Source of the DNA: Spirochaetia bacterium
GTDB taxonomy: Bacteria > Spirochaetota > Spirochaetia > SZUA-6 > Bin103
Length of the DNA: 64,000 nucleotides
Direction: 5' to 3'
Assembly: GCA_965208575.1 (NCBI GenBank)
Contig: CBDBOV010000003.1
Location: forward strand, 608,001-672,000
Shown: piece by piece, positions 12,252-23,310 of the stretch
Layout of the letters: every line of letters starts with the position of its first letter
Numbering within the stretch: position 1 is the first letter of the stretch
Program-made: the position numbers and the translations under genes
The notes under the pieces: model-generated
The model's database searches: none
Seen by the model: the letters and a program-made list of their open reading frames with translations, nothing else
Told to the model about the DNA's origin: nothing

Positions 12252-13672
12252 CCTACCTGCCCTCTTGGGAGCAGGTGCTGCGCGTGCTGCTCCTGAGCGA
12301 CTTCAACACCCGCGTGGTGGTGGTCGGCGTCGCCCTCCTGGGGATGGCGGCCGGCATCGTCGGCACCTTCACGCTGCTGCGCAAGCGCGCCCTGGTGTCG
12401 GACGCGGTCAGCCACGCCACGCTGCCGGGCGTCGCCGCGGCGTGGCTGGTGATGGTCGCGCTCGGCGGCACCGGCAAGTGGTTTCCCGGCCTGCTGCTCG
12501 GCGCGGCGGCCGGCGGCCTGATAGCCGTCGGCGCGGTGCTGACCCTGCGCGGCGTGCTGCGCCTGCACGAGGACGCGGCCCTGGGAGTGGTGCTGTCGGT
12601 TTCGTTCGGCATCGGCATTGCGCTGCTCGGGCTGATCCAGCAGATCCGCCGCGGTTCCGCTGCCGGCCTGGACTCCTTCATCTACGGCAAGACCGCCTCG
12701 ATGCTGTCCGCCGACGCACTGCTGATCGCCGTCACCTCGCTGATCCTGGTGGCCGTCGCGGTGCTGCTGTTCAAGGAGTTGAACCTGCTCTGCTTCGATG
12801 CGCCGTATGCCGCGACGCAGGGCTTTCCGGTGGCGCTCCTGGACGCACTGATGCTCACCCTGGTGGTCGCGGTTACGGTGATCGGACTGCAGGCCGTGGG
12901 GCTGATCCTGATCGTGGCACTGCTGATCACCCCGGCCGCCGCGGCCCGTTTCTGGACCCACGACCTGCGCGCGATGACGGTGCTGGCCGCGCTGTTCGGC
13001 GCCGCGGGCGGGTTCATCGGCGCCGGACTGTCGGCCCTGGTGCCGCGCCTGCCGGCGGGGGCGGTGATCGTGGTGACCATCGCGGCCGGGTTCGTGATCA
13101 GCGTGCTGTTCGGAACCCGCCGCGGCCTGCTGCGCATGCTCGTCGAGCGGCATCGCGGCGACCGCCGCATCCGGAGCGAGCACCTGCTGCGCGCACTGTT
13201 CGAGCAGTTGGAGGCTCAGTTGGGGGCCATGCCGGGAGTGCGCGAGCTGGCCGCGACGCCGGTGCGCCGCGAGCGGCTTGCCCGCCGGCGCGGCTGGAGC
13301 CGGGCCGAGCTCGTGTCTGCGCTGCGCGGCGCCCGCCGCCAAGGCTGGCTGCGCCCGGAGAGCGCCGGGCGGCAGGACATGCGGCTGACCGCGGCCGGTG
13401 CGGAGCAGGCGTTGCAGGTGGTGCGCAACCACCGGCTTTGGGAGCTCTACCTGATCAGGTATGCCGACGTGGCCACCAGCCGCGTGGACCGCGGCGCCGA
13501 CCGCATCGAGCACGTGCTCGGTCCGGAACTGGTCGCGGAACTGGAGGAACAGCTCGACCGGCAGCGCGACCGCGCCGCCGTGGCCGCCAGCCCGCACGAG
13601 TTGCCCGGCACTGCGCTGCCGCATCCCGGGCTTTCTGCCGGCGCGCCGTTGCGGCTCACGGGCTCGCAATGA
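12248..13672 (+). CDS. TroC/MntC-like metal ABC permease fused to a C-terminal DtxR/MntR-like domain
   Basis: DAVSHATLPG permease motif; C-terminal LTAAG...RNHRLWELYL...ADRIEHVL. Confidence 0.9.
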   Translation: MTYLPSWEQVLRVLLLSDFNTRVVVVGVALLGMAAGIVGTFTLLRKRALVSDAVSHATLPGVAAAWLVMVALGGTGKWFPGLLLGAAAGGLIAVGAVLTLRGVLRLHEDAALGVVLSVSFGIGIALLGLIQQIRRGSAAGLDSFIYGKTASMLSADALLIAVTSLILVAVAVLLFKELNLLCFDAPYAATQGFPVALLDALMLTLVVAVTVIGLQAVGLILIVALLITPAAAARFWTHDLRAMTVLAALFGAAGGFIGAGLSALVPRLPAGAVIVVTIAAGFVISVLFGTRRGLLRMLVERHRGDRRIRSEHLLRALFEQLEAQLGAMPGVRELAATPVRRERLARRRGWSRAELVSALRGARRQGWLRPESAGRQDMRLTAAGAEQALQVVRNHRLWELYLIRYADVATSRVDRGADRIEHVLGPELVAELEEQLDRQRDRAAVAASPHELPGTALPHPGLSAGAPLRLTGSQ

Positions 13673-15018
13673 CCTGGACCTCGCTCGACGCCGGCATCGT
13701 GGTGGTGGCGGCAGTCAGCGCCATGGCGTGCGCGCTGATCGGCAGCTTCCTGGTGCTGCGCCGCATGAGCATGATGGGCGATGCCATCAGCCACGCCGTG
13801 CTGCCGGGCATCGCCGCCGCCTTCCTGGTCACGTTGAGCCGCGACACCGCGGTCATCCTGGTGGGGGCGGCGCTCGCCGGCGTGCTCACCGCGGCGTTCA
13901 CGCAGCTTATCCACCAGGCCGGCAACGTCGACCGCGGCGCCGCGATGGGCGTGGTGTTCACCACCATGTTCGCGGTCGGCCTCATCCTGATCGTGCGCAG
14001 CGCCGACGCGGTGCACATCGACGTGCACACCGTGTTTTATGGCGCCGTGGAGCTGGCGCCGCTCAACGACGTGGCGGTCGCCGGCGTCCGCATTCCGCGC
14101 GCGCTGCTGATCCTCGGCCCGGTGTTCGCGGCGGACCTTGCGTTCGTGCTGTTGCTGTACAAGGAGCTCAACCTCACCTCGTTCGACGGCGAGTTCGCAC
14201 GCACCATCGGCTTCAACGCGCGGCTCGTTCACTACGCGTTGATGGTGATGGTGGCCGTGACCATCGTGGCCGCGTTCGAGAGCGTCGGCAGCATCCTGGT
14301 GATCGCCATGCTGATCGTGCCGGGCGTAGTCGCCGGGCTGTTCACCAGGCGCTTGTGGTCGCTGTTGCTGTTTGGCCAGGCGGTGGCGCTGGTGTGCGCC
14401 GTGGGCGGGCACCTGGGCGCCATTACCGTGCCGCGCTGGTTCGGGCTGTCCGACACCAGCACGGCCGGGATGATGACCGTGGTCGCCGGCATGGTGGTGG
14501 GGGTTGCACTGGTGGCTGCCCCGCAACGCGGACTGGCCGCGCGCGCGCTGCACCGCGTTCGGGTTGCTGTCGGGGTGGGCCGCGAGGACCTGCTGGTGGA
14601 ACTGTTGCGTGGCGAAGAGCGCGGCAGTCCCGGCGTCCGTGGTCGTGACCTGGTGCGCGAGGAGCCCTCGCGCATCGCCGGCCGCTCCACGCGCTTCGAC
14701 CGTACCGTGGCGTTGCTGGCCGAGCGCGTGGGCGGCCGGGTGCGGCGCAGCGGCGACGGCTACCGGCTCACCGCCGCCGGGCGCAAGCTGGCGACCGGAC
14801 TGCTGCGCAGCCACCGGCTGTGGGAGAGCTACCTGTTCGCCGAGGGCGCCACCGCGGTTGGCGAGGTGCACTTCGCCGCCCACCAGTTGGAGCACGTGAC
14901 CTCGGCCGGCATGCGCGCAGACCTGGCCCGCGGTGCCGGCGCCACCGATCCCCACGGGCGTCCGATTCCGGAGGCGCCGCCCGCCGACCCGGGCGACGGC
15001 CGACCGGCGGACCGCTGA
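13669..15018 (+). CDS. TroD/MntD-like metal ABC permease fused to a C-terminal DtxR/MntR-like domain
   Basis: MMGDAISHAVLPG; C-terminal REDLL...RSHRLWESYL...VHFAAHQLEH...DPHGRPIP; ATGA overlap at 13669. Confidence 0.88.
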   Translation: MTWTSLDAGIVVVAAVSAMACALIGSFLVLRRMSMMGDAISHAVLPGIAAAFLVTLSRDTAVILVGAALAGVLTAAFTQLIHQAGNVDRGAAMGVVFTTMFAVGLILIVRSADAVHIDVHTVFYGAVELAPLNDVAVAGVRIPRALLILGPVFAADLAFVLLLYKELNLTSFDGEFARTIGFNARLVHYALMVMVAVTIVAAFESVGSILVIAMLIVPGVVAGLFTRRLWSLLLFGQAVALVCAVGGHLGAITVPRWFGLSDTSTAGMMTVVAGMVVGVALVAAPQRGLAARALHRVRVAVGVGREDLLVELLRGEERGSPGVRGRDLVREEPSRIAGRSTRFDRTVALLAERVGGRVRRSGDGYRLTAAGRKLATGLLRSHRLWESYLFAEGATAVGEVHFAAHQLEHVTSAGMRADLARGAGATDPHGRPIPEAPPADPGDGRPADR

Positions 15019-15019
15019 C

Positions 15020-16294
15020 GTGACCACCGCCCCGGCGGCGGATTCCCGGAGTCCGCGGGACGCCGTGCGGGACGCGCAGGCCAGGTACCACGGGCTGGAC
15101 GGGTTGCGCGCCCTCGCCATGCTGCTCGGCATCGTGCTGCACGCCACCCTGCCATACTTCGCGCGGATCGCCGGCATCGAGTCGATGTGGCCGGCCGACG
15201 ACGACCAGTCGCTGGCGCTGCTGGTGCTGTTCGACTTCATCCACCTGTGGCGCATGCCGGTGTTCTTCCTGCTGGCCGGCTTCTTCGCGCACCGGGTGCT
15301 GGAGCGCCGCTCCACCGGGGCATTCATACGCGACCGGTTGCGGCGCATCGCCGTGCCGCTGGTCTTGTTCACGGGCGTGATGGCGCTGATCCTGCCGGTG
15401 TTGTGGAACTACGGCTGGAAGGGAGCGTTCGCGGTCGACCCAGGCGTGCTCGATCCGCGCAAGTGGCCGCACTATGCCGCCGAGGGCATGCCGTTGGCGC
15501 ACCTCTGGTTTCTGTGGCACCTGCTGCTCATGTATGCCGTGCTGCTCGTGCTGCGCCGTGTCGGTGCGACGCGGCTTGGTCTGGCTGTCCGTAACGTGCC
15601 ATCGGTTGCGTCTTTGCGGCGGCGCTCGGTTGCCGCCCTGTACGCGCGAGCGCCGTTGCTGCTGATGGCGGCGGCGGCGCTGCTGCTTGCCTGGCGCGGC
15701 GGCGACGAGTCGAAACCGATCTTTCCTCCCAATGTCCCCGACCTGCTGTACGGAGCGTTATTCTTCGTCTACGGCTACGGGCTGTGGGCCCGCCGCGCGC
15801 TGATCGATTATCTGCAGCACCCCGGGACCGTGGCCGTCCTGTGGGCGGCGGCCTGCTCGGTGTACGCCCTGCACCTGGTCCTGCTCGGTGTCCTGGAGGC
15901 GGCGGATGGCGCCGGTTCGAGCGGCGTGGCGGCGCGGCTGGCGCTGGTGGAGGTGCTGGCGCACGGGTCCGCGGTTGCGCTGCTGGCACTGGCGCTGATG
16001 GGCAGTTGCGAGGCACTGTTGAGCGTGCCGCGGGCGTGGGTGCGGTGGACGGCAGACGCGTCCTACTGGATCTACCTGATGCACCTGCCGGTGGTGGCAT
16101 GGCTCACCTTCTGGCTCGCCCACCTCGACCGGTCCGGACGCCTCACCGCGCTGACCGGGTTCGCCTGGGGCGCCGGACTGAAGTTCCTGGCCGCCAGCCT
16201 CGTCACCACAGCCGTAGGTCTGGCGACCTACCGCTACCTCGTCCGCTACACCCCGCTCGGCACGCTCCTCAACGGCCGGCGGATCCGAGGCTGA
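15020..16294 (+). CDS. Acyltransferase-3 family membrane protein (OpgC/MdoC-like)
   Basis: RYHGLDGLRALAMLLGIVLH, HLWRMPVFFLLAGFF, HLWFL, SYWIYLMHLP. Confidence 0.85.
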   Translation: MTTAPAADSRSPRDAVRDAQARYHGLDGLRALAMLLGIVLHATLPYFARIAGIESMWPADDDQSLALLVLFDFIHLWRMPVFFLLAGFFAHRVLERRSTGAFIRDRLRRIAVPLVLFTGVMALILPVLWNYGWKGAFAVDPGVLDPRKWPHYAAEGMPLAHLWFLWHLLLMYAVLLVLRRVGATRLGLAVRNVPSVASLRRRSVAALYARAPLLLMAAAALLLAWRGGDESKPIFPPNVPDLLYGALFFVYGYGLWARRALIDYLQHPGTVAVLWAAACSVYALHLVLLGVLEAADGAGSSGVAARLALVEVLAHGSAVALLALALMGSCEALLSVPRAWVRWTADASYWIYLMHLPVVAWLTFWLAHLDRSGRLTALTGFAWGAGLKFLAASLVTTAVGLATYRYLVRYTPLGTLLNGRRIRG

Positions 16295-16424
16295 AACGGC
16301 TTGACACCTTCTGCCGGTACCTGGGACTCGCTACCATCCCGCGCTCGACGCGCCGTCGTTTGCCGGACCGCACCCGCCATTACTTCCGGTTGCCCGCGGC
16401 ATGCCCGGTTGGTAAGGTCACTGC

Positions 16425-17081
16425 ATGCCGGATCGGATCGACTATCGCCGCTGGAATGTCACCCGACTGGAGATGGAGGCGTGGCGTAACTTCAGTCGGC
16501 AGACGGAGATCAGGCTGCGCGGTCGCACCTTCTTCGTCGGTCCGAACGCCTCCGGCAAGTCCAATATCCTGGATGCGTTCCGTTTCTTGCGCGACGTTGC
16601 CGGGTCGGGACGACGAAGCGGTTTCGTCGCGTGGCGGTATGCGCGAGGTGCGGTCGCTGCATGCCAGGCAGTTTCCGGGCGTCCGAATCGCGGTCGACGT
16701 GGGACCTCGCGACGGCAGCGCCCGGTGGTCTTACGAGTTGCACTTCCGCAATCATCCGAATCGGCACCGTCCCGCACCACCTGCGGCACGAGGTGCAGAT
16801 GGTGCGATCTCGACCACGATGAGTGTGCTCCGGCTCGCGCACGGGACTTTCTCGCCGCCCCGGCGTCCGGCATGTGCTTTCGCATCGCGGAGCGGGCCGT
16901 GGAAGCTTGGTTGCTCGCAGATCGCGCAAGCATTGCGCGCTTCCTGTCGGTATCCGGCGATCTGGTCAGTCCCGCTCCCGAGCGGTTGCCGGCGCCGAAG
17001 TCCCACCTCGTTTCGCTCGCGAGCGGCCGAGAGGGCGCCGAGCCTGCAACGGGCAATGACGCACGTTCGGAACTTGTCTGA
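16425..17081 (+). pseudogene. Collapsed AAA/SMC-like ATPase N-terminus fused to a DUF4276/RloB-like partner fragment
   Basis: WRNF...FVGPNASGKSNILDAFRFLRD, a frameshifted continuation GGMREVRSLHAR, then DLDHDECAP...CFRIAERAVEAWLLADR; the middle of both genes is missing. Confidence 0.65.
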
Positions 17082-17221
17082 TTGTGGTCGCTGGTAGCAG
17101 GAAACCAGACCCTTAGAAAATTCAAGGCGGATGTTGATTTTATTGAGGGGAGGGCTGACACTTCGGCTGTGGGTTTGATGCGGGAGGCGTCGAAGGGCCA
17201 AGTGCAATCAACGGTGGGCAT

Positions 17222-18022
17222 ATGCGGGTTCTGAGCGGTGTAGCCCATGGCCTGGTTGCTCCGGACCGGGCGTTTGCATTTCGGGTGGCTTCCGGGGTCT
17301 CGCTGTTGGCATTGCTGGCCCTGGAGCTGGCTTCCGTGGTCGCCGGTGAAACGATGATCCTGTGGCGGACGAGCGGACCTGAGTTGCGGCGGATTGCCCT
17401 GGTGGAGTCGCTCCACGTTGCCGAGCAGCGCAGCACCTCGTTCGCCGAGCCTGAGGAGGTCGACCGGCGGCGGGCGGCGGCCTACCGCCGGCTCACCGCA
17501 CCCACCGGCGCCGTTGCCAAGACCGTTGCCGTCCTGCTCTCCGGCCTCGTGCTGCCGGCCGCTGTTGTCCTCACCTGGTTGGCGCTGCTCGTGCTGGCGC
17601 AATTCCTTGGCGGCGAGGAGCCACGCAGCCCGGGCCGCCCGCGTGCCTCGATCCGACTGGTCGCGGTGGCGTTCGCCCCGCTGGCGCTGCGCCGCCTGCT
17701 GTCCGGTGCCGTAACCCTGGCGGCGGTCGATCCGACCCGGGCCGCCGCCGGCGCCACCACCGTCGCCGCCTACCGCGAGCGCGCAACGGTGCGCTTCGAC
17801 CTGGCGGCGCTGGCCGACGCGGCTCCCGCCGGCGTCGTCGAGCGCGCCGCCGTGTTGCTCACCGACCCGTTCGGCCTGTGGGCGCTGGCCGTGCTCGCCT
17901 CCGGCGCCGCGGCACTGCTGCGCCTGCCGACTCTGCGCGCCCTGGTGCTGACCGCGGTAATCGCCGCGCTGTGGACGCTGTTCGACACCGTGGCGGGCGG
18001 CCGCTGGGCGCTGCTGGCATGA
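17222..18022 (+). CDS. Yip1-like (YknW-type) membrane protein; start uncertain
   Basis: Several TM segments, DPFGLW motif; stop overlaps the adaptor ATG. Confidence 0.6.
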   Translation: MRVLSGVAHGLVAPDRAFAFRVASGVSLLALLALELASVVAGETMILWRTSGPELRRIALVESLHVAEQRSTSFAEPEEVDRRRAAAYRRLTAPTGAVAKTVAVLLSGLVLPAAVVLTWLALLVLAQFLGGEEPRSPGRPRASIRLVAVAFAPLALRRLLSGAVTLAAVDPTRAAAGATTVAAYRERATVRFDLAALADAAPAGVVERAAVLLTDPFGLWALAVLASGAAALLRLPTLRALVLTAVIAALWTLFDTVAGGRWALLA

Positions 18023-19518
18023 AGCGCCGCACCAGCCGCCTGCTGCGGGCGGGCATCGTCGTGGTGGTGCTGCTCGGCGCCGGTGCCGCACTGTGGCGGT
18101 TGTTCGCCAGCGACCCGGCGGCGGACGCCGTCCCGGTGACGGTGGAGGCGGCGCGCACCGCCACCCTGCGGGCGCGCGTGGTAGGGAGCTGCACGTTCCG
18201 GCCGCGGCGCAGCGTCACGGTGCTCAGCGAGACGGGCGGCCGCGCTGTTGCGATTCACGCCGCGGTAGGTGACGCGGTCAGCGCCGGTCAGGAGCTGGTG
18301 GTGCTCGACGACCGTGAGCTGCGGCTTGCATTGCGGCGCGCCGAGGCGGCGCGGCAGGACGCCGAGGACGGCGTGCGCGGCAACCTGCTTACGCTGCGCT
18401 CCAACCTGCGCGGCGCAGAGGCGGGCTGGCGGCGGGCGCACGATGCCCTGGAGCGCGACCGGAAGCTGCATGCCGCCGGCGGCGCGACGCGGGCCCAGGT
18501 GGATGCGGCGCTGCATGCCGAGCGCGATGCCTCCGAAGCGCTCCGCGGTGCGCGTGAGCAGCTCAACCTCGCGGCCGGCCGCGCGCCCGGCGCGGAGCCG
18601 GCGCTCGACCCGGCGGCGGACGCCGCCATCGTCGCGGCGGACGCCGGCGTGCTGCAGGCGCGGCTGGCGGCTCAGCAGGCGGCGCACGACCTGGAGCAGG
18701 CGATCCTGGCCGCCCCGCTGGCCGGAACCCTGACCGCGCTGGAGGCGACGCTCGGCAATCACCTGGCTCCCGGAGCGGCGGTAGCAACCGTCGCCACCCT
18801 GGACGACATCCTGGCCGAGGTGCAGATCGACGAGGTGGATATCGGCAAGCTGCAGGTGGGCCAGGAAGTGGTGCTGACCACCGACAGCGTGCGCGACGTC
18901 GAGCTGGCCGGCCGCATCGCGCTCATCCCGCCGGCGATGACCGACCACCGGGTGGCGGTGGAGGTGGCGGTGGACCAGCGCGGCCTGCCCGCGGGCGCCG
19001 TGTTGCGCGCCGGCGCCTCCTGCCGGGCGCGCATCGAGGCGGAGTTGAAGCGCGACGTGACGGTGGTGCCGTTTGCCGCGCTCCTGGAGCGTCCGGGCGG
19101 CAGCGTGGCGTTCGTGGCGGTTCTCGACGGCTCGGATGCCGCGGGCGCGACCGGTGCGGACGGCGGCGTTGCGGCCGAGACCGGCCCCGCCGCCGACCCG
19201 CCGGAGAGCGCCGACCGCGCCGCTGACGACGGCCCCGGCAACGCCACCGGCGATGGCGATGGCGACGAAACCGGCGAATTCGCGGATCCGGCACCGCGCT
19301 TGTACCGGTTGGAGCGGCGTGAAGTGGAGTTGGGCTCCTCCAGCGTCAGCGACGTGGAGGTGACCGCGGGAGTGGAGGAGGGTGAGCTGGTGGTGGTGGG
19401 CAACCTGTCACTGCTGCGCGACGGGCTGCTCGTCACCCTGGAGAGCGGCGACCTTGACGGCAACGAGGACGAGGAGAGTGGCGGGCCGTTCGGCCGGCGG
19501 CAGGACGACGAGCAGTGA
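18019..19518 (+). CDS. MacA/HlyD-like efflux periplasmic adaptor subunit
   Basis: N-terminal [16 protein letters not shown] lipoyl half, [20 protein letters not shown]; acidic low-complexity insertion near the C-terminus. Confidence 0.85.
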   Translation: MKRRTSRLLRAGIVVVVLLGAGAALWRLFASDPAADAVPVTVEAARTATLRARVVGSCTFRPRRSVTVLSETGGRAVAIHAAVGDAVSAGQELVVLDDRELRLALRRAEAARQDAEDGVRGNLLTLRSNLRGAEAGWRRAHDALERDRKLHAAGGATRAQVDAALHAERDASEALRGAREQLNLAAGRAPGAEPALDPAADAAIVAADAGVLQARLAAQQAAHDLEQAILAAPLAGTLTALEATLGNHLAPGAAVATVATLDDILAEVQIDEVDIGKLQVGQEVVLTTDSVRDVELAGRIALIPPAMTDHRVAVEVAVDQRGLPAGAVLRAGASCRARIEAELKRDVTVVPFAALLERPGGSVAFVAVLDGSDAAGATGADGGVAAETGPAADPPESADRAADDGPGNATGDGDGDETGEFADPAPRLYRLERREVELGSSSVSDVEVTAGVEEGELVVVGNLSLLRDGLLVTLESGDLDGNEDEESGGPFGRRQDDEQ

Positions 19519-20210
19519 TTCGGCTCGCCGGGATCACCAAGGTATACCACATGGGCGAAGACGTGACGGTGAACGCGCTCGCGGGAATCGACCTGAAGAT
19601 CGGTGCGCGCGAGTTCGTCGCGGTGATGGGGCCGTCCGGCTCCGGCAAGTCGACGCTGATGAACATCATCGGCTGCCTGGACCGGCCCAGCGGGGGCCGC
19701 TACACCCTGGATGGCATCGACGTGGCGCGCATGAGCGACCGGGAATTGGCACAGGTGCGCAATGCGCGCGTCGGCTTCGTGTTCCAGACCTTCAACCTGC
19801 TGCCGCGCATGACCGCCCTGCGCAACGTCGAGCTGCCGCTGGTGTATGCCGGCGTGGCGCGCGGCGCACGCCAACGCCGAGCCACCGCGGCCCTGGTCCG
19901 CGTCGGCCTGGCCGACCGCACGCGGCATCGCCCCAACCAGCTCTCCGGAGGCCAGCGGCAACGCGTCGCCATCGCCCGCGCCCTGGTCAACAATCCCTCC
20001 ATCGTGTTCGCCGACGAGCCCACCGGCAACCTGGACACCGCCACCGGTAGCGAGATCATGGACCTGCTGGCCGACCTGCACGACGCCGGCGCCACCATCA
20101 TCCTGGTCACCCACGAGGCCGACGTCGCCGCCTACGCCGGCCGCGTCATCCACCTGCGCGACGGACGCATCACCGGCGACGAAGCGCGCACGGCGGCGCC
20201 GGCCGAGTAG
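19515..20210 (+). CDS. MacB/LolD-type ABC ATP-binding protein
   Basis: [43 protein letters not shown]. Confidence 0.95.
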   Translation: MIRLAGITKVYHMGEDVTVNALAGIDLKIGAREFVAVMGPSGSGKSTLMNIIGCLDRPSGGRYTLDGIDVARMSDRELAQVRNARVGFVFQTFNLLPRMTALRNVELPLVYAGVARGARQRRATAALVRVGLADRTRHRPNQLSGGQRQRVAIARALVNNPSIVFADEPTGNLDTATGSEIMDLLADLHDAGATIILVTHEADVAAYAGRVIHLRDGRITGDEARTAAPAE

Positions 20211-20231
20211 CGGGAGGCGGCAGGAAGCAGC

Positions 20232-21446
20232 ATGCGCGTCACCGAGGGACTGCGCGAGGCGTTGGACACCGTGCGCCACAACAAGCTGCGCACCGCGCTG
20301 ACCATCCTCAGCATCGTGATCGGCGTCGCCTCGGTAATCGCGGTGATGGCGATCGGGATCATGGGCCGGCGCGCGATCATGGGCGACCTGGCAGCGCTCG
20401 GCGGCGCGCTGTACTGGATCGAAGCGGAGAATGGCGGATCGGAAGACGGGCGCCGCGACCAGCACCTGCGTATCGAGCACCTGGAGGCGATATCCGCGCT
20501 GGTCGCCGACACCAGCTCGGTGAGTCCGATCCTGCGCGGCGGCGCCGAGTTGCGCTTCCGCGACCGGCAGGCGCAGGCGTCGCTGTTCGGCGTCGGTGCG
20601 CAGTACTCGGAACTGTGGCCGCTGCCGGTACAGGCGGGGCGCTTTCTTGAACCGGACGAGGTTGCACAACGGCGCAAGGTGATCGTGCTCGGCGACCGCG
20701 TCGCGCACGCGCTGTTCGACGATGCCGAACGCGCCCTCGGCAGCATGGTGAGCGCGGGCGGGCTGCAGCTCCAGGTGGTCGGCGTGATGGCGGCGGACTT
20801 CCGCGCCGCCGGCGACGGCTCCGACGACCGCACCTGCTACCTGCCGCATGAACTGTATCGCAGTATCTACCCGTGGGATCCGGGTATCGGCCCGCACGTG
20901 CCCGAGGTGACCCTGCGCGCCCGCGACGCCGCGCGGCTCGGCGAATCGATGACGCTCGTGCAGCGCTTCCTCGACCGCGTGCTGCCCGGCTCGCCGTCGG
21001 TGCGGCCGTTCGTGGTGCAGACCGACCAGGCGCGGCTCGAAACCGAGGCCGAGGTGCTGCGCGTGATCAGCATGGTGGTGACCCTCGTGGCAGGCATTTC
21101 GCTGCTGGTCGGCGGCCTCGGGATCATGAACATCATGCTGGTGAGCGTCAGCGAACGCACCGTCGAGATCGGCCTGCGCAAGGCGGTAGGCGCCCGCGAC
21201 GGCGACATCCTCGGCCAGTTCCTGATCGAGTCGATGGTGATCTGCCTGCTGGGCGGGGTATGCGGCGTGGTGCTGGGATTCGGCGGTACGCTGGCGGTGG
21301 CGCTGGCCCTGGGCTGGAACCTGATCCTGCCGGAGGTTGCCGCCGTCGGCCTGGGGGTGGCGGTGGCGACCGGCCTGTTCTTCGGCGTCTACCCGGCAAC
21401 CAAGGCGGCGCGGCTGCCGCCGGTGGTCGCCCTGAGCCGGAATTAG
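20232..21446 (+). CDS. MacB-like ABC permease
   Basis: NKLRTALTILSIVIGVASV, GIMNIMLVSVSERTVEIGLRKAVGA. Confidence 0.92.
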   Translation: MRVTEGLREALDTVRHNKLRTALTILSIVIGVASVIAVMAIGIMGRRAIMGDLAALGGALYWIEAENGGSEDGRRDQHLRIEHLEAISALVADTSSVSPILRGGAELRFRDRQAQASLFGVGAQYSELWPLPVQAGRFLEPDEVAQRRKVIVLGDRVAHALFDDAERALGSMVSAGGLQLQVVGVMAADFRAAGDGSDDRTCYLPHELYRSIYPWDPGIGPHVPEVTLRARDAARLGESMTLVQRFLDRVLPGSPSVRPFVVQTDQARLETEAEVLRVISMVVTLVAGISLLVGGLGIMNIMLVSVSERTVEIGLRKAVGARDGDILGQFLIESMVICLLGGVCGVVLGFGGTLAVALALGWNLILPEVAAVGLGVAVATGLFFGVYPATKAARLPPVVALSRN

Positions 21447-21460
21447 CAAGAGGCCCACGC

Positions 21461-22696
21461 GTGGGTATCGGCGCCCTGATCATGGCCGCGCTGGCGGCGG
21501 TCGCGGACAATCGATTTCGCGCTACCCTGGCGCTGCTCGGCATCACCATCGGCGTCGGCTCGGTGATCGCGATCGTGGGCCTCGGCGACGGCGCCAAGCT
21601 GGTGATACGCGACGCGATTTCGCGCTTCGGCGCCGGCTCGCTGATGGTGCTGCCCAACTACCAGGTGATCGAGGCCAGCGACGGCCGCTACGAGTGGCCG
21701 TCGATCACGCGCGAGGACATCGCGCAGATCAACGCCGGGGCGGACGCGGTTCGGGCGGTGACCCCGCAGGCCAACTGGAGCGGTTTCTCCGCGCGCCGCG
21801 CCGGCCGCGCCCGCGAGGTGGAGATCTTCGGCACGCTGCATCACTTCCTGGCGGTAAACTCATCCACGCGCCTGGCGCGCGGACGTTTCCTGCACCCGGA
21901 GGACGACCGCCTGCAGCGCAAGGTGGCGGTGCTCGGGGCGGGCGTCGCCGCCGACCTGTTCCCGGACCAGGCGGCCCTGGGCGAGTTGATTTCGATCGAA
22001 AACTGGTTCGAGCTGGAGGTGATCGGCATCCTCGCTCCCGAGGCGGACTCGTTGCTCGAGGTGGGGGAGGAGTTCACGGTCGATGACCGCGTGTTCGTGC
22101 CAATCTCGACCCTGGAGCGCGTCACCCGATTCGACGACGTGGTGTCGATTCTGTGGGGTGAAGCGGTCAGCCTGCGCGCGATCGAGGCCGCCAAGCAGCA
22201 GATTGTGGCGATTCTGGACGCCAACCACGGCCGCTTCGACGGCGTCCATCACAAGTTCGTGGTGCACGACTGGGCGCAGCTCCTGTCCACCATCGAGTCC
22301 ACCACCGGCACGATTACCGCGCTGGTTTCGATCCTGGGCGTCATCTCGCTGGTGGTGGCCGGCATCGGGGTGATGAACATCATGCTGGTGTCGGTGCGCG
22401 AGCGCACGCGCGAGATCGGCACCCGCAAGGCGCTCGGCGCGCAGCCGGCCGCGATCCTCAACCAGTTCATGGTGGAAGCGGTGCTGGTGTGCGGCGGAGG
22501 CGGCCTGGCCGGCGTCGGCCTGGCGGCCGCCGTGATCTCCGGCATCGCCGAGGCGACCGACTGGCCCGGCCTGATCACGTGGCCGACCGTCCGGCTGGCG
22601 TTCCTGATGTCGTTCGGCACCGGCCTGGTATTCGGCCTCTACCCTGCCAGCCGCGCCGCCCGCCTGCCCCCGGTCGAAGCCCTGCGCCACGACTGA
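21461..22696 (+). CDS. Second MacB-like ABC permease
   Basis: NRFRATLALLGITIGVGSV, GVMNIMLVSVRERTREIGTRKALGA. Confidence 0.9.
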   Translation: MGIGALIMAALAAVADNRFRATLALLGITIGVGSVIAIVGLGDGAKLVIRDAISRFGAGSLMVLPNYQVIEASDGRYEWPSITREDIAQINAGADAVRAVTPQANWSGFSARRAGRAREVEIFGTLHHFLAVNSSTRLARGRFLHPEDDRLQRKVAVLGAGVAADLFPDQAALGELISIENWFELEVIGILAPEADSLLEVGEEFTVDDRVFVPISTLERVTRFDDVVSILWGEAVSLRAIEAAKQQIVAILDANHGRFDGVHHKFVVHDWAQLLSTIESTTGTITALVSILGVISLVVAGIGVMNIMLVSVRERTREIGTRKALGAQPAAILNQFMVEAVLVCGGGGLAGVGLAAAVISGIAEATDWPGLITWPTVRLAFLMSFGTGLVFGLYPASRAARLPPVEALRHD

Positions 22697-22799
22697 CCGC
22701 GAGCGAATAAAACATGCTACGGTAGGCAGGTAACACCCGCGGCCAAGCGGGCGTGCAACAAGATTCGCGCTATGTTTTTCGTGACGACCCTCGACGACG

Positions 22800-23291
22800 A
22801 TGCCAACATACTCCGACGCTGAGCTGGAGTTGCTGATGGCGGACCTGGAGTCCGACCTGGTGGAGCGGAAGGAGTCGGCCGCCGACGGCCGGAAGATCCG
22901 CCGCAACATCTGCGCTTTCGCCAACGACCTGCCCGGGAGCGGCCGCGCCGGGGTCGTGCTGGTAGGCGTTCGCGACGATGGTTCCTGCGCGTCCCTGACG
23001 ATCAACGACGAGTTGTTGACCCGGCTAGCGAACATTCATGGAGAGGGCGACATTCTGCCGCTACCGTCAATGACCGTCCAGAAGCGGGTACTCGATGGCT
23101 GCCCGGTGGCGGTCATAACCGTCGAGCCGTCGCTTGATCCGCCGGTGCGATACCGCGGCCGAGTCTGGGTCCGCGTCGGTCCGTCGGTGCGCGAGGCGGC
23201 GGTCTCCGATGAGCGCATGCTGCTCGCCGGACACTCGCCGAGAATGGCAACCCTCCTCCGGAATTCAACTTCCAACCGACGCTGGTGGTAG
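22800..23291 (+). pseudogene. AlbA_2/Schlafen-like DNA-binding domain, 3'-truncated
   Basis: ESDLVERKES...ICAFAND...GVVLVGVRDDG...VWVRVGP; recognisable sequence stops near 23220, before the usual ATPase/HTH part. Confidence 0.7.
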
Positions 23292-23310
23292 CCACCGTCC
23301 GGATTGCAGC

